Origin: Eledone cirrhosa
Taxonomy: Eukaryota
Assembly (NCBI GenBank): GCA_964016885.1
Contig: OZ024745.1
Location: 24,180,001 to 24,244,000, forward strand
Direction of reading: 5' to 3'
Length of the DNA stretch: 64,000 bases
A program made the position numbers and the translations under genes. Shown piece after piece: positions 32,541 through 49,584 of this stretch. Position 1 is the first letter of the stretch. Each line of letters begins with the position of its first letter. The notes under the pieces were generated by a model. That model did not search any database, had not been told where the DNA came from, and was given only the letters and a program-made list of their open reading frames with translations.

Positions 32541-33155
32541 TTTACAATGAAAAAAAATCATTTACTCTCATCCCGGAAACACTAGATCCCAGGTCCACAG
32601 CCTACACAACTAAACAGATAAAACCCACCTTACTAATACATTCTAAGTTCGCAGTCCCTCGTTCTCTTTATACGCAACCCTCCTCACTGAAGACAGGTAT
32701 GACACTATTAGACTCGTATCAACTTACTGCTCACATATGTTCTTTATACCCCCCCCCCCCCGTTACTGTTCTCAGTTTATCCTTTCCTGCTCTTCATTTT
32801 CTCCCACTCAACCTAAATCTCGCCCAATCGTTTCCTCGTTATGTCTATATCCTCACTACATATATATAAAGTAAAGATACATTCACAAAATGATCCTAAT
32901 GTTTATCAACTCGGGCGTGTGCGAGTATATATGAAATTATATATAGACATATATTGGTATATATAGACAATATATAGCTAATATAAGTGCATGCAGTAGA
33001 GAATCTTTCAATCTTTCTTTCCAGCTATTTTCCAAGGGAAAACCTTCTTATAACAGAGTCACCTCCCCTCTATCACTTCTCTATTTCATGGATTTTCTCA
33101 TTCTTTCTCATCCTTTCCCGCGGGACTTTAACTATTTGTGCGTGTGTGTGTGTGC

Positions 33156-33190
<35 letters not shown>

Positions 33191-33328
33191 TATGTGTGTG
33201 TGAGTGTGTGCGCGTGTGTGTGTATGTGTGAGTGTGTTCTCATCTGCGGATGTATGAGAAAAGTGGAGATAGAGACAGAGAGTGAGGGATATATAAACAG
33301 ATTAAAATTAAGAAGGCAGGTAAGTAGA

Positions 33329-33399
<71 letters not shown>

Positions 33400-33650
33400 G
33401 TATATGTATGTATGTATATACATATATAAAGACTGCTAAATAGATTGATAGTTAGATAGACAAACAGACAGATATATGTGTGTGTGTATAGGTGAATCTA
33501 AAAATAGATACGTTACCGAGGCATACATATAGACGCACATATATTACATCACACACACACACCCACACACACGCACACCCACACACGCGCACGCACACAC
33601 ACACACACACACACACCCACACCCACACCCACCCACGCACACCCACACAC

Positions 33651-33706
<56 letters not shown>

Positions 33707-34264
33707 ACACCCACCCACGCACGCACACCCACACACACACGCGCGCGCACACAGAGGATCAAAATTACATATTTACACGGTCGCACACATACAAAATTAC
33801 ACACATAACTTTAAACAACATCGTAAACGCATGAAATGAGTTACGCGATATATATTTTGACGTAAAGCTAATTTTCATTTCTTTCATTCATCATCTTCCG
33901 TAGTGTTTTTAAATTTTTTTTCATTTAGCTCAATGTAAAAGTATTTCAAATGAACAATGTGCGGAAACGACTTCAAGTCATCACCTTAATGGTTGAAGAC
34001 ATAAACGAAAAAAATAAAAAGAAAGTTATGAGTGAAAAACTATTTCCCGTGCTAGATGTCTGTTATTTCCAACCTGTTTTACACAGTCATCATCCTTATG
34101 AAATCACCCGAACACCAACACAGCTATAAATTCCATCCGCGGTGAGTAATATCTTAGAAGACAAAGAGATGGTAGTTTTTTTTTTGTTTTTTTTAATTTA
34201 TTTATTTGCATTTCATATCATATCTTATATGGAACAGATAGAGAGATAAGGACATAGAGTAGCG

Positions 34265-34335
<71 letters not shown>

Positions 34336-34609
34336 GAGACAGGGAGGGAGCGGGAGAGAGAGAGAAAGAGTGGCAGACAGAGCGAGGGAGTGAGAGAAGG
34401 GAGGGAGAGAAAGAAAGAGTGGGAGACAGAGAGAGGGACATAGAGAGAGGGAGAGAGAGGGAGGGAGAGACGGAGAGGTTATATACGCATTTATGTAATA
34501 GAAAGGTACAACAATTGCTCTAAACTTAAAGTAGATATGTATATGTTAATAACACAGCACAATGAACAATTGTTGGGTGACATCACAATAGTAGAAATGT
34601 CTAGCATAC

Positions 34610-34865
34610 TGAATAACAAAAGCAACTGAAAGGCACCTGGACATTACAAGAATCCGAACATTTGGTTGAAACATTTAACTGAATTATGACAGGAACAGAA
34701 ATTACACCCGACTGTCTCGTTAAGATGAAAGCTATTCTGGTCTCCAAGAACATATATTGGTTTCACTACAACCGATAACTTCTTAAATGAAATATCACAG
34801 AGAGACCAGAAACATGGAAGAAAACAATCTGTTTTCTAAAGAACAGAAAGAATGGTCTAAAAGTT
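34610..34865 (+). pseudogene. R4/Dong-like RT fragment
   Basis: N*KAPGHYKNPNIWLKHLT...MEENNLFSKEQK. Confidence 0.5.
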
Positions 34866-34976
34866 AACGAAGTTGTGCTGAAAAATTCATTGGTTGACTA
34901 TGAAAGAATGAGGCTCGAGCTATGAGATGTTGTATGTATTAATTTCAACTCTTTTTATTGTTGAAAAATAAATCTC

Positions 34977-35013
<37 letters not shown>

Positions 35014-35568
35014 AATAAGTTGAAATAAAATGAAAACGAAATTTCATTTCTCACTCTTAGTACGGCACTTACTTAAATGTAAGTATGTGTGTATACGTAC
35101 ATACATATATGTATACAGACGTACAGTAGCATGCATATATATATATATATATATATATAGGAACCAGTAAGACCCCGACAGCTGAGCTCAAGCCGTTTCG
35201 ACGGCTAATTCTGGACTAAATGAAAATTTATCCTGGTATTTAAATAGCCGATCTTCTCAAGGGGTAATTCCATATATGGTCAAAGTGATTGTCAAAAATC
35301 AGTAGTAATTCTGTGGTTGCAAATTAGTAGGGGAGATGGTGGCTAAACCTGCCAGTAGGAGAAAGAGGGGAGGGGGTGGAGTAGACCCAATCAAGCGTTG
35401 GTAGTGCCAGCTACAGCTGGGCATGAGGTCAAAGAAGATACAGGGGAGGGGAGGGGGAGGAAGTCGGAACGGTAGGTAGAACAATGGGGGGTAGAAATAG
35501 GAAAGAAAAAATACTGAGAGTGAAGAAAAGCAAATAAGTGTAAAGAAAAAGAAAAAGTAAAGTACCTG

Positions 35569-36664
<1,096 letters not shown>

Positions 36665-36671
36665 ATATATA

Positions 36672-36800
<129 letters not shown>

Positions 36801-36809
36801 ATATATATA

Positions 36810-36855
<46 letters not shown>

Positions 36856-37059
36856 TATATATACACACACACACACACACATATATACACACACACACAC
36901 ACATATACATATATACCCCCGCATACATAAGCACACATCCAAGCCTATTCTCGAATTCTTGACAAAGAGATGGGCCGCGTAAACAGGATGATGACTGATG
37001 GGTGAAATTCAAAGGGGCAGAATAACATCAGACGGAAGATTTGCTGCGAAGTCACTAGA

Positions 37060-37150
37060 CTTATCTGAGGAACTTGCGAATCCAGAGTCAGGTTCGATCC
37101 ACAAATAGATCGTACCTCGAGCTATTCGCCGGAGAAACAACTGTAAAATG
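37060..37150 (+). ncRNA. Hammerhead ribozyme with extended stem II, degenerate stem I
   Basis: CTGAGGA-a-cttgcgaat..(ggttcgatc/gatcgtacc)..attcgccgg-a-GAAA-caactg-TA. Confidence 0.6.
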
Positions 37151-37165
37151 TTAATAAATTATGTT

Positions 37166-37212
<47 letters not shown>

Positions 37213-37385
37213 AGGAGGTGAGTATATGTTGATTTAAAACTGCACTATCCACAAGTGTTTTTTAGCCTTCATATCATGTCCTCCTGTTTTATCTGATGAA
37301 AACACAAATATTATTGCATGATGATGTTTGTTTTTGAAATGCGCATAATAAAATACATGGAACTCCTTTAACCATCTTTTGATCT

Positions 37386-37498
<113 letters not shown>

Positions 37499-37578
37499 AC
37501 CTTTTTACTGCACTCTTAGTTATTGTTTTTGTCTTTTGTTTTAGCTTTCATATATATATATATATGTGTGTGTGTGCG

Positions 37579-37628
<50 letters not shown>

Positions 37629-37629
37629 C

Positions 37630-37829
<200 letters not shown>

Positions 37830-37834
37830 ATATA

Positions 37835-37907
<73 letters not shown>

Positions 37908-38078
37908 TCTTTTACCCGTTCCAGCCATCTAGCTGAGGCCATGCTGGGGCACCGCCCTTTAGCTTTATTAAAATAGCTTTATTAAAATAACAGATTTGCT
38001 CTACGGTTCTTATATATCTGATATATATTTATCCTTATCGAGCCCTCTTTGGATTTCAGTCTTCAAATTTATTATTAT

Positions 38079-38115
<37 letters not shown>

Positions 38116-38219
38116 TAATGACCGCACAGGACAAAGACAATGAAAAAACGAAACAACGTAAAGACAGATAGTCCCATCTCCCCAGTCAACCTCTTTCTTC
38201 CCCCACCCCCACCCCCTCC

Positions 38220-38244
<25 letters not shown>

Positions 38245-38250
<6 letters not shown>

Positions 38251-38575
38251 AAGGGCAGAGTAACTCAGCTGAGTCAACGGCCAACCGATTAGCACTTTTT
38301 TTTTCACACCTTTCTTGGAGAGGGAAACTCTGAAAAAGAACCTGCGGCTTCGGAAGCATCCGATGATGTTGACCATTTCTCCCTTTCGAGTAGTGTGTTC
38401 GATTCTCACAGAGTGGGATTGGTCGAGTGCAAGGCCTTTCCTCACTTAAAAAACCTTCAAACCACAGGCGTTGCTTGCTCAAGATCTGTTACTGGTTCGT
38501 GTGGCTGGCCGTAGCCTAAAGCTGCACCATTTTCTGTAATCTGACAAGCGATTGCAATACTCTTAGCAGAGTTTG

Positions 38576-38585
<10 letters not shown>
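38245..38585 (+). mobile_element. Probable short RTE-derived non-autonomous element
   Basis: GGAGAGGGAAACTCTGA motif like that at 58785-58810 (minus) and a similar 3' stem-loop ending GCTGCCATCAT; (TA)n flanks. Confidence 0.4.
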
Positions 38586-38655
<70 letters not shown>

Positions 38656-38831
38656 AAGGAAGTGTGGTAAGTAACCAGATGGACCATAACGCACCAGAGT
38701 ACTCAATACTTAGGGTAGTAGAGTGGGTAATAGGAAAATGTTTAACCCCGACGGCAGAGCTCAAGCCATTTCGACGGCTATTTCTGGACTCAAGCGAGTC
38801 CAGAAATAGCCGTCGGGGTTAAACATTTTCC

Positions 38832-38980
<149 letters not shown>

Positions 38981-40096
38981 TATGCATATAAAGTTTATTT
39001 TTTATGAAATTATATCAGATAATCTGAATAGAATAATAAATATTTTTCAAAATCTTTAGCATTCGGTTTAATTATTTTGTAGTTAATCAGCCTTTTAAAA
39101 TGTAACCTCATCAAAATTTGTCTATAACGCAAGACCTAATTTTTATCATTATGTTTGAGTTAAAGCGGATAAAGATGTCTTTGATTTTGGAAGTTCTCCA
39201 ATTCATCTTTGGCTCAAGAAGTCATAAATGTTTAATTGGATTCAGGTGCAGAAACGGTTCAAGTCTTAATTTTTTTTTCTGATCTTGGATTAATTTTGTT
39301 GACTAATTTGTTCCAAATGAGCAAGAATATCACCAAATTGTAGTGGTGTTAATATGAGTTGAAAAAACGTCTGCACGAAAGAAAGGTGATTTTGTAAGAG
39401 TTCTTCTATATAATATAGAATAGCGACACGTTGCAGGCAGAGAATGTGTGTCTCAACACCTTGAATAATGAAAATCTCTTTTATTCCATGATGCTGACAC
39501 CACAAAACTCGCCTATCGGCTGTAGACCTTGAATATTTCATTTGATGCTCTCATATATATATGATGGGCTCTAGGAGGAAGAGAATATCATATTCATTCA
39601 AGAGTCCAAGAACATGCTACGTCATCAATCTTTTGTTTCTTTTTCTTTTGAGAATTGTAGGTTAAGACGTATGTTCAACATCTGGAATATTCCAGGAACA
39701 ACATTTTGTATTTCCTTACATGTTTCCCCAAAGCCAAAAGTAGAAAAATGAGGCTCTTTTCATGGTTGTCAGTTTTCTTTTATTTAGTCAACTGAGATTT
39801 TATGCTGTGGGAACTTGTATTTCTCTATTCTGACTTTTTCCTTGATTTCCATGAATTAGTATATGTTTAGGGGTTAATGGAATGTAGTTTAATTTCTTTC
39901 GTGGCATTTTCATAGTTCTAAAGCTAAAACTCTCTTGGAAGATCTTACATAATACTAAACTTCCATTACTGGCAGCCATCAGAAGAAAATATCCTGCAAT
40001 ATGTAATTATATCAAATTTTATCAAAAATCAAAATGAAGAAATAAAACAACACAGCGTTTTCAATATACAAAATCTCACAATGTCATGAAAGGCTG

Positions 40097-40297
40097 TATC
40101 AGACAATATGCTGTGTAGCATAGAGTTACGACCCTTTACATTCTGAGCTAAACTCCCGCCAAGGTTAGCTTTGCCTTTCACCCTTATGGTGTCGATAAAA
40201 TAAAGTACCACCAAATTGACCCCGAACTGGGGTCAATTTAATCGACTTTCCCTTCCCCCAAAATTGCTGGCCTTGTGCCTAAATCTGAAACTATTAT
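40097..40297 (+). mobile_element. tRNA-derived SINE (family 1 variant)
   Basis: Same core and tail; another copy at 41235-41425 (minus). Confidence 0.75.
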
Positions 40298-40654
40298 CTA
40301 ATTAAATAAAACCACACTATTAAAGGGAACAGAAAAGGGAGAAGAAAAAAGAAAAGGAAAAGGAAAAAAGAGAGAAGGTTCAAGCGACGAAAGAAAGGGA
40401 GAAGGAGAGGGATAGTCACTCCACCCAAGTCTGGGCGGTGCCTCAGCTGTGCGACACCGAAAAACAGGTAAAGCGTTACCACAGAAAATGGCAACAGTCC
40501 CATCAACACTACCACCACTTCCTCTACATCACGGGCTTTCATCCTCAAGTGATCCGATGTCCTTCCGAGTAAACTGGAAATAATAATAAAAATAGAAACA
40601 AATCATATGCCCCAAATATCAAATGTCAAATCATATACATTCATACATACATAC

Positions 40655-41112
40655 ACAGTGGCTGCCAACTTGTTTTCGAGTACGGCCACTACTTTATATC
40701 CATGTAGGAGAACCCCTACCGATGCGCTGAACGAGTGTGACTTTTTAGTCCAGCCAGCGACTTGAAAACTCTGGTACAAACACTACACTTGTGACAATTA
40801 TTGACACATAGTGCTGGGCCCATGGTACCGTGTGACGACAAGTGCAGAGAGATCTCCAGATATAAAGCAATACCTGTGCCATGAAGCTTTTATAGTGAGC
40901 AAAGGCACTGCACAAAGCCAGTCCCACTCTCTTAACCAAGATGATATTTACCAAAAAGAAGAACAAGTCAACATCATTGGATACCATCAGAGTTGCAGGT
41001 GTTATATCATAGTTTTCCTTCTCCTAGAATTCTGCCTTAACAAAGGCTAAGGGGTCATCTCTCCCGGTGATTTTGGATGGCCATTGACTCTTCAGAGCTC
41101 CTTTGCCCTTTT
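40655..41112 (-). mobile_element. 5'-truncated copy of bipartite RTE-derived element
   Basis: Near-identical to 58438-58895; (CATA)n on both flanks. Confidence 0.75.
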
Positions 41113-41514
41113 GATATTCATACATACATACATACATACACACATACACACATATATGCATACATATATGCATATATACATACACACATAAATACATACA
41201 TATATACATACATACATACATATATATATATATAAAATTGTTTCTACTTTTGGCACAAGGCCAGCAATTACACAGTACATTACTGGTACTGTATTTTATC
41301 GACCCTCTAAGGATGAAAGGCAAAGTTAACCTTGGCGGGATTTGAACTCAGAATGGCAAGAGCCGTAACTCTATGTGTCAAAGCATGGCGTCCGACCCTC
41401 TACCTATACTGTCAATTCACCGCCCTACATACACATATATATAATAAGAAGTTGACGGACCCGGCGTATTTACCAATGCCAGGTTGTGTGTATATACATA
41501 TATATTTATATAGA

Positions 41515-41956
41515 TATATTTCGTTTCTGAATTTGTTTAGCAAGATGCTTTATCTGAAAACCTGTGTTGAAACCGATATTGTTATGCTTTGGGAGGGTCA
41601 TGTTGCTAATAAGAAACACACGCACCAGTTGCTTTCACTCCAATTTATTATAAATTAAATTTATAAATTTAAGAATTTATAAATTTCCGGTTGGTTGGTT
41701 GGTTCCACAACCGGACGGTTGTTCATATATTGTCAAAGAGCTTTCGTAACACATTCTGTGACCTCTTCAGTGATTGGGGATTCTTTTCTTTGACGAAAGA
41801 ACTTTGACAATATATGAACAACCGTCCGGTTGTGGAACCAACCAACCAACCGGAAATTTATAAATTCTTAAATTTATAAATTTAATTTATAATAAATTGG
41901 AGTGAAAGCAACTGGTGCGTGTGTTTCTTTTTGGCAACATGACCCTCCCAAAGCAT

Positions 41957-41962
<6 letters not shown>
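41515..41962. mobile_element. Fold-back pLTR-like element (same family as 2110-2704)
   Basis: Arms ~41575-41745/41791-41962; HHR core on minus strand 41731-41776; right arm starts inside stem II. Confidence 0.75.
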
Positions 41963-42021
<59 letters not shown>

Positions 42022-42096
42022 TACATACGTACTTCAATAACAATATCCAAAGGAGACAGTTTGTCTATACATCCACACACAGACATAAATATATAA

Positions 42097-42173
<77 letters not shown>

Positions 42174-42949
42174 CGCGTGTGCGTGTGGCGGAGTGTATGT
42201 GAGGGTGAATGTGTGTTTATGCGTTTGTATATTTGAACGTATGTACGTAACCATGGGCACATGTCCGTGTTTCGATCTGCGTGTGTAGGTATGGGTTAAT
42301 GACATTTTGACACAGAATTCCGTGTTTGGCGACAGAATGTCATTATTAGCAGATGATGATGTCAAAGTTGGGTGTGAAGTGAAAGAGTATGTGTTAATAA
42401 TTTAACTTTTCTGGACTATGAACTCCACCACCGCCTTTGTTATGACGCGACCAAATTCTAATCGTGTTAAGAAACCAAATCTCAACTTACCTAGATTTCC
42501 CTAGGCTGGCTTCGAACTTAGAAACTTTCCCTATATCACGAGAGACACAACAGTGAATTATAAGTTAATTTTGACGATAATATACGAGGGTCAGCTGAAA
42601 CGCTCATACGGTGACTATGAAGGATTGATGTTAGAGCTGTGAAATCTTGCATGCATTAATTTCAACTCTTCTTATCAATAAATGCATTGTTTTTGTCCAG
42701 GGATTATGTTGAAATCTAAACCTAAATTTGGTCATTTCATATCTTGGTCAGCCTATGAGCATTTCAGCCTATGAACTTTTCAGCCGACTTCGTATTTCGG
42801 TAATGTCCTCTATTTTGTGCTGCATCAAAGATGTTCATTTTATTTTCATTTTGTTTACAAGTGTATTTTCGTCGGTTTCTCCGTAGACGTTTCGCTATAA
42901 TACAAACGATGTTCCCCAGAGATTAATCCGTGCTTTTAAAACATGTATG

Positions 42950-43862
42950 TATGATTGGCCTTTCTACAGCTTGGTGATATACATCCGAGCACAAATACTC
43001 GGGCAGTCGTATAGAGACATCGGGACAACAAGAAGCTGACCATCGATCCCATACTTCTGCAGAACCTTCCACAGCAGGTCCCGAGGAATCCGGTCATATG
43101 TCTTTTCGAGGTCTACAAAACAAGAATATACATCTTGGAAATACTCCCACGATTTCTTGAAGACCTGCCGCAGTGTGAATATTTGGTCATGTGTGCTACA
43201 TCCGGGGCAAAAACCTCAATTAACATGTCAATGGAGTTCCACTGAAGCAGGTGGAAAAGTTCAGGTATCTCGAGGCCATGTTCACGAGTGATGGAAAGCA
43301 TGAAGCTGAATTAAGTGCAAGAATTACAGGAGCTGCCGCAGAAATGTGCCAGTTTCAGCATTCGGTAATCGAGGCAAGGGATGGACGTAGAGATAAAAGC
43401 CCAACTCGCTATCTTCAATACGGAATTCCTGCCAACACTTGCTTAAGGTCATGAATCCGAAGAATAAGATTGCGAATACAAGCTGCCGAAATGCTGTTGC
43501 TCCGAAGAGTTTTCTGAGTAACGTTCCTCGATAGAGTGCGTAGCTCGTAGATCAGAGGGTCACACCAGGTATAGCCGCTACTTCTCCGAATTGAGAGAAT
43601 ATCTCCGATACTATGGGCATGTGGTTAGATTGTCTCAGGAAACAATCGCTGGACAGATTTTACGGGCAAAACAAATCGGCAGGGGACCCAGGGTTAGATC
43701 CAGAGAAAGAAGGTTGGATGACCATGAGCTTGGCTGGTTTCGGTTGGGGATCCAGCCATATTAGTTGGAGATGGTTGCTTCTAAGAAGACCCACTGGAAG
43801 GATAGTTTGAGGAATTCTGCCCCACATGACGCACCCATGAATAAGTGGGCGAAGAAGAAGAA
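42950..43862 (+). mobile_element. Degenerate RTE-clade LINE with inverted 5' part
   Basis: Minus strand 42950-43245 encodes FVDLEKTYDRIPRDLLWKVLQKYGIDG; plus strand from 43248 QVEKFRYL..FTSDGK; (GAA)n tail. Confidence 0.75.
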
Positions 43863-44044
43863 TATACATACATATGTATATATATATACATATATATATC
43901 TCATTTTTTCTTCTAATGAAGGACTAGCGTCCGAAACGTTAAGACCTTCTTTCTGCTATATCAAGCGTTAACCTTATATATACCTTCCATATGGTGTACC
44001 GGTTGTGTTGTTATTTCTATTTACCTTTTACACACACACACACA

Positions 44045-44186
<142 letters not shown>

Positions 44187-44699
44187 TGAGCACACAAAAA
44201 TGTTTTGTTTTTATTCCGTTCCTTCCTCTTCTCACTCTATCTTTCTATTTCATCTTTTATTTCTCATTCTATCTTCTGACGAAGGACTAAATTCCGCAAC
44301 GCAAATACTTTTTTCCTATTTAGAACACTGGTTTAACCGCTTTACTTCCCTCCGAAGAAGAGATATTATCTCGAAAATTAAGGACATTTAAATAAATCTA
44401 AGGTAAAAGACTAATTGTCAACAATATCTTTTGCATTTCCATTTTTTATTCTATGTCCATACCTGCATTGTTTGGCTTTACAAATTCAAACGTTTATATA
44501 TATATATATATATATATATACATACAACTACATATATATATAACGAAGGAGGTGTGGTAAGGAACCATATGGACCATAACGCACCAAAGTACTCAATAGC
44601 TAGGGTAGTAGAGTGGGTAATAGGAAAAGGTTTGACCCGACGGCAGAGCCCACGCCGTTTCGACGGCTTGAGCTCTGCCGTCGGGGTGAAACATTTTCC

Positions 44700-44791
<92 letters not shown>

Positions 44792-44796
44792 TATAT

Positions 44797-44867
<71 letters not shown>

Positions 44868-44888
44868 CATATATATACACACACACAC

Positions 44889-44928
<40 letters not shown>

Positions 44929-45087
44929 GATATTAAATAAATGGAAACTATATTTATAAAACCATATTTATTTCATTATATATATTTCAGGGATATCATA
45001 TTAATATGTTATGCCTTCTTCAGACAAAATACAATCTAGACAGTTTTATAAATAAATAATCTATTTATTTATAAAACTTCTATATTG

Positions 45088-45153
45088 TATTTTGTCTGAA
45101 GAAGGCATAACATATTGTTAATATGATATCCCTGAAATATATATAATGAAATA
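45088..45153 (+). ncRNA. Hammerhead ribozyme in PLE-B pLTR (copies 48859-48923 +, ~44969-45031 -, related ~51365-51429 -)
   Basis: tattttgt-CTGAAGA-agg..cct-GAAA-tatata-TA-atgaaata. Confidence 0.85.
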
Positions 45154-45332
45154 AATATGGTTTTATAAATATAGTTTCCATTTATTTAATATCGTAAATA
45201 TACTCCAAATACTTGTTGAGTGCTTTTATATCAGTTATAAATATTTACTAGTTGTAACCCAACAATTTAAATATAACTTTCCATGTATCTTGCTCCAATA
45301 CTGTTGAGCGCTTTATATTATAACTGAAAAAA

Positions 45333-47552
45333 ATGGAATTCTTTAAGATTACTTCCTCTTTAAAAGACATACCTCTACCTAGAAACAAAGACTTTATAAA
45401 ACAATTAATAGATAAATCTGACTCTTTTATAAGGAGAATCAGGTGGCGAGCATTCCACTTTGATAAATCTAATATAAATGAAAATGTCTCGGACTTAAAC
45501 AAAGTTTTCAAATCTAAAAGAAATCCACCCCCTAACAAACTTTTATCTGACTTTGAAAACGATATAATTTCCATCATACAAGGAGTCAAATTCAAGAGAA
45601 ACTTCAAAGGCCAGGAATATCTGAAAGGCATTAAGGATAATATTGAGAGCTTAGGAAAAACTGAGAAGATCTTGGTGAAATCTGACAAGACCAACAACCT
45701 CTATGGAGTGCAGAAAGACATGTATAATGGCCTCATACTGAAAGAACTGAGGAAAAAGTACAAGGTAGCAGATAAGGCCGAGCTTGAGAAAATGAATGTT
45801 GAAGCATCTTGTATAATGCACGAGTTGGAAATTGAGAACAGAACACAACCTTTCGTGCCCAGGAAACCGAAGATCAATATGAAAGATCACAAAAGGAATT
45901 TTGAAAATGACTTGCCAGTTAGATTGATCGCACCATCAAAATCGGACCTGGGTAAATTAAGCAAAAACATTCTTGACAGGGTGATACAGCAAATTAAAAA
46001 CTTGGATTGTTTACCTAACCTGAGCTTGTGGAAGGGAACTGGAGAGGTTGTTGAGTGGTTTAAGCAAATTAAATATAACAATAATAATAAGTTTATTCAA
46101 CTTGATATTGCTAACTATTATTCTTCTATTACCCCTAATCTACTAAATAAGGCACTAAATTACGCATTCAAACATACAGACCTAACTAGCAATGAAATGC
46201 ACATTATATTATCGGCTAGAAAAACATTGATAGAATTTAATGACCAACTATGGACCAGAGCAGATAGAGATAGCAATTTTGACATTACTATGGGATCATC
46301 CGACTCAGCTCAGGTAACTGACCTTGTGGGCTTATTTTTAATCAATTCGCTGCATAGGAAAATGCCTGGTACTACCGGAGGTTTATATAGAGATGACATG
46401 CTTTTACTTATTGATAATAATAACTCTGAACTAAATAGAAAAAGAAAACAAATTACACAATTTTTTAATTACTTTAATCTAAAAATAGAAATTGAGAACA
46501 ACCATAGAATAGTCAATTTCCTAGATATAACATTAAATCTCAACACATGTCTTCACTATCCATTTCACAAGTTGAATGAAAACTTAAACTATGTCAGCTT
46601 TAACTCTAACCACCCCAGATCTGTTAAAAATACTATAGTAAACTCTGTTCAAAAACGTATCTCTAGAATCTCGTCTAATAGAAAGATTTTCGACGAAAAA
46701 GCCCAATACTACAATGAAGCATTAGCTAGAGCCGGATATACTGATAAGATTATGTACATAGATAATGATAGACAAACTAAACAAAATAACAACTATTTTA
46801 ATTACGGCCACAACCTTAACAACTATAATAGAAAGCATTACAATAATTCCAAAAGCCAAAAAAGAAATAGAACTAGGAACATAATATGGTTTGCCCCCCC
46901 CCCCCCTTTCTCACTAAACATTAAAACCCACATCGCTAAACTATTTTTTAAAGCTCTTGATAATCGCTTCCCTAGAACACATAGGTACCACTCAATTTTC
47001 AATAGACATACTATAAAATGAACCTACTCATCCACCAAAAATTTAGCACAAAATATTAATAGAATAAATAATAGGAACTTAAAACCTAGCGATAATAGCA
47101 TAAATAATATACAAGTTAACAAATGTAACTGTAGAGATAGATCTAAATGTCCGTTAAATAACAACTGCTTAGTTAAAAATATAATATACAACTGTAATGT
47201 TAAAACGGACTCTAATTCTTTTAACTACGTTGGTTCCACATCGACGGAATTTAAACTTCGCTATAATAACCACAAGAATTCTTTCACAGATCCAAGCAAA
47301 AAATCTTCAACAGCACTATCAAGCGTACTCTGGCAACTTAGGCAAGATAACGTTAGATATTCGACGGCTTGGAATATAGTCTCAAGAGGGATTCCTTTTA
47401 ATTCATCCTCTGAGACATGTGACCTCTGCGCGGAGGAGATATTCTTTATACTAAAATCTAAAAATTCCCTTAATCTACGGACAAATTTATTCAGTTGCTG
47501 CAAACATAGATTGAACTCAACTTTTAAATATAAATTTAAATTTAAAATGTAG
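45333..47552 (+). pseudogene. PLE RT + GIY-YIG ORF with one in-frame TGA (47019-47021)
   Basis: MKDHK, LDIANYY, MGSSDS, GLYRDD, NFLD, SNHP; same frame continues past the stop with CNCRDRSKCPLNNNC, NIIY..NYVG, CDLC, CKHR to TAG at 47552. Confidence 0.92.
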
Positions 47553-49051
47553 TATATTTAGTTTGATTTGTAATTATTTAGGAAACTAGCCGATAAATCT
47601 TTCGATTTCTTCTTTTTATTCTTCTTTTTATTTTTATTTAAACATTCTTCATGAAAAATTAAACTACCCTAAAAGCTGATGCTCCAAATATATCGAATAA
47701 ATGTTACACTAGATAAACTTCTATATTAAATATAAGAACATATGTAGACCAAATGGGTATCCTAAACTTTTGAAATGATTTCTGCTAGACGTGATTTGGT
47801 AAATAATTTTTAGTTTTATCTGTTTTCGACTCTGATGCTTATAATGAACTTGACAATATATTGTCAATTAATTTTGAAGGGTTGATCTTTGTGGTCGATT
47901 TGCGTGGCATACTATGTTTTTATTTTTATTATTTTAATATTTTTTAATATTTTTAATATTTTTATTTTTAATATGTAATATTTTTTAGTTTTCTGTTTTA
48001 TTTATTTATTATTATTATTATTATTTTTTGTTTTTGTTTCTGATATTTTTATTAATATATTGAAATCTGTTCTCTATTTCTGCTTGATAGATAATCATGT
48101 AGAGTAAAGACAAGAATAGTATTGTTAAAATTAATATAGACTCTATATATATGTGTATATATACACATATATGTATACTTAAATTTTTATAGCACAATGA
48201 GAATGTTCTCCGTGTGAAATAGGAGTTTGCAGAGTTGATCACGTAAATTCACATCGATGTTTGTAGTTATCATATAAACATATGAATTTTTAAAACTAGA
48301 CATAAGATCATTACTTTTCACACATTATAGATACGTGTCTCATTCATGAATACTGATATTTACATTATAGTGCCTGGTTTTTATACGAACTAATATTTCT
48401 ACATTGAAACATAGGGTTTTTAAATTCTGCCTCGCCTATGTCTGGTTACTTTTCATTTTTTCTCTATATATAACGGCTGGTTTCTCTCCTAACCACATAT
48501 ATCTCCCTTACATTAATACTAGAGCTAAATAAATAAATAAATAAATAAATGTATCATTGATACGTCATTCAACGGATGTTCAACTACCTACTTTTCTCTA
48601 TATATATCTATCTCTATCTATTTCCTCTCTCTATATACCTCTCTCTGTTTCTTTACATGAAGTTCTTCTCTTTATCTATCTTTCCATCTCTCTATTTAGT
48701 TGCATGCATTTCTTCTTTTTCTTCGTTTTCTTTCTTTCTTTCCTTCTTTCTTTCTTTCTTTCTGTTTACAATTTTTTCACTGCCAAATCAACTTTTCAAA
48801 TACAAGTCGATGTTGAACGGTATGTCAAATCTATTTATTTATAAAACTGTCTATATTGTATTTTGTCTGAAGAAGGCATAACATATTGTTAATATGATAT
48901 CCCTGAAATATATATAATGAAATTAATATGGTTTTATAAATATAGTTTCCATTTATTTAATATCGTAAATATACTCTAAATACTTGTTGAGTGCTTTTAT
49001 ATCAGTTATAAATATTTACTAGTTGTAACCCAACAATTTAAATATAACTTT

Positions 49052-49102
<51 letters not shown>

Positions 49103-49584
49103 TATGTATACGTACATACATATATGTATACAGACGTACAGTAGTATGTATATATATATATATATATATACATACATGCACACATATATATATATGTACG
49201 TATGGATTCACCAAACATTTATTATAATGCTCGGTGTGTTTGTAAACAAACATCCCGTATTAAGCCGTACAGTGTCTAGCAACCATCGTTGCTCATTTGT
49301 TCAACACTGCCAAAGGAACGCTGTACTAGTTTCAAGCTTATTAGCTATCGTCTGCAACGTATACCTTCCTGCCAGATGATTGAACGTCTGAAAGTATATA
49401 CTTTCCTTATGCATATTAACGGCTGAAATATTCGGTGAATCCATACGTACATATATATATGTGTGCATGTATGTATATATGTATGTACGTATACATACTT
49501 ATATTTAAGAAACAGCCGTACTAAGAGTGAGAAATGAAATATCGCTTCATTTTTTCCGTTTATATATATATATATATATATATA

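Larger units (their letters stand above)
44927..49055 (+). mobile_element. Full-length Penelope-like element (Naiad-like), PLE-B
   Basis: Inverted partial pLTR 44927-45058, pLTR 45061-45284 repeated at 48829-49055 with HHR, long ORF, (TA)n both sides. Confidence 0.9.

Noticed and set aside
39000-40030. 1-kb complex stretch as a coding remnant
   Set aside because: Stops in the frames examined and no recognisable motif.
47019-47021. In-frame TGA in PLE-B as selenocysteine (reported for some Naiad elements)
   Set aside because: It aligns to Leu (IK*TYS vs IKLSYS in PLE-A), all Cys motifs use Cys codons, and no convincing SECIS was seen; simplest is TTA>TGA.
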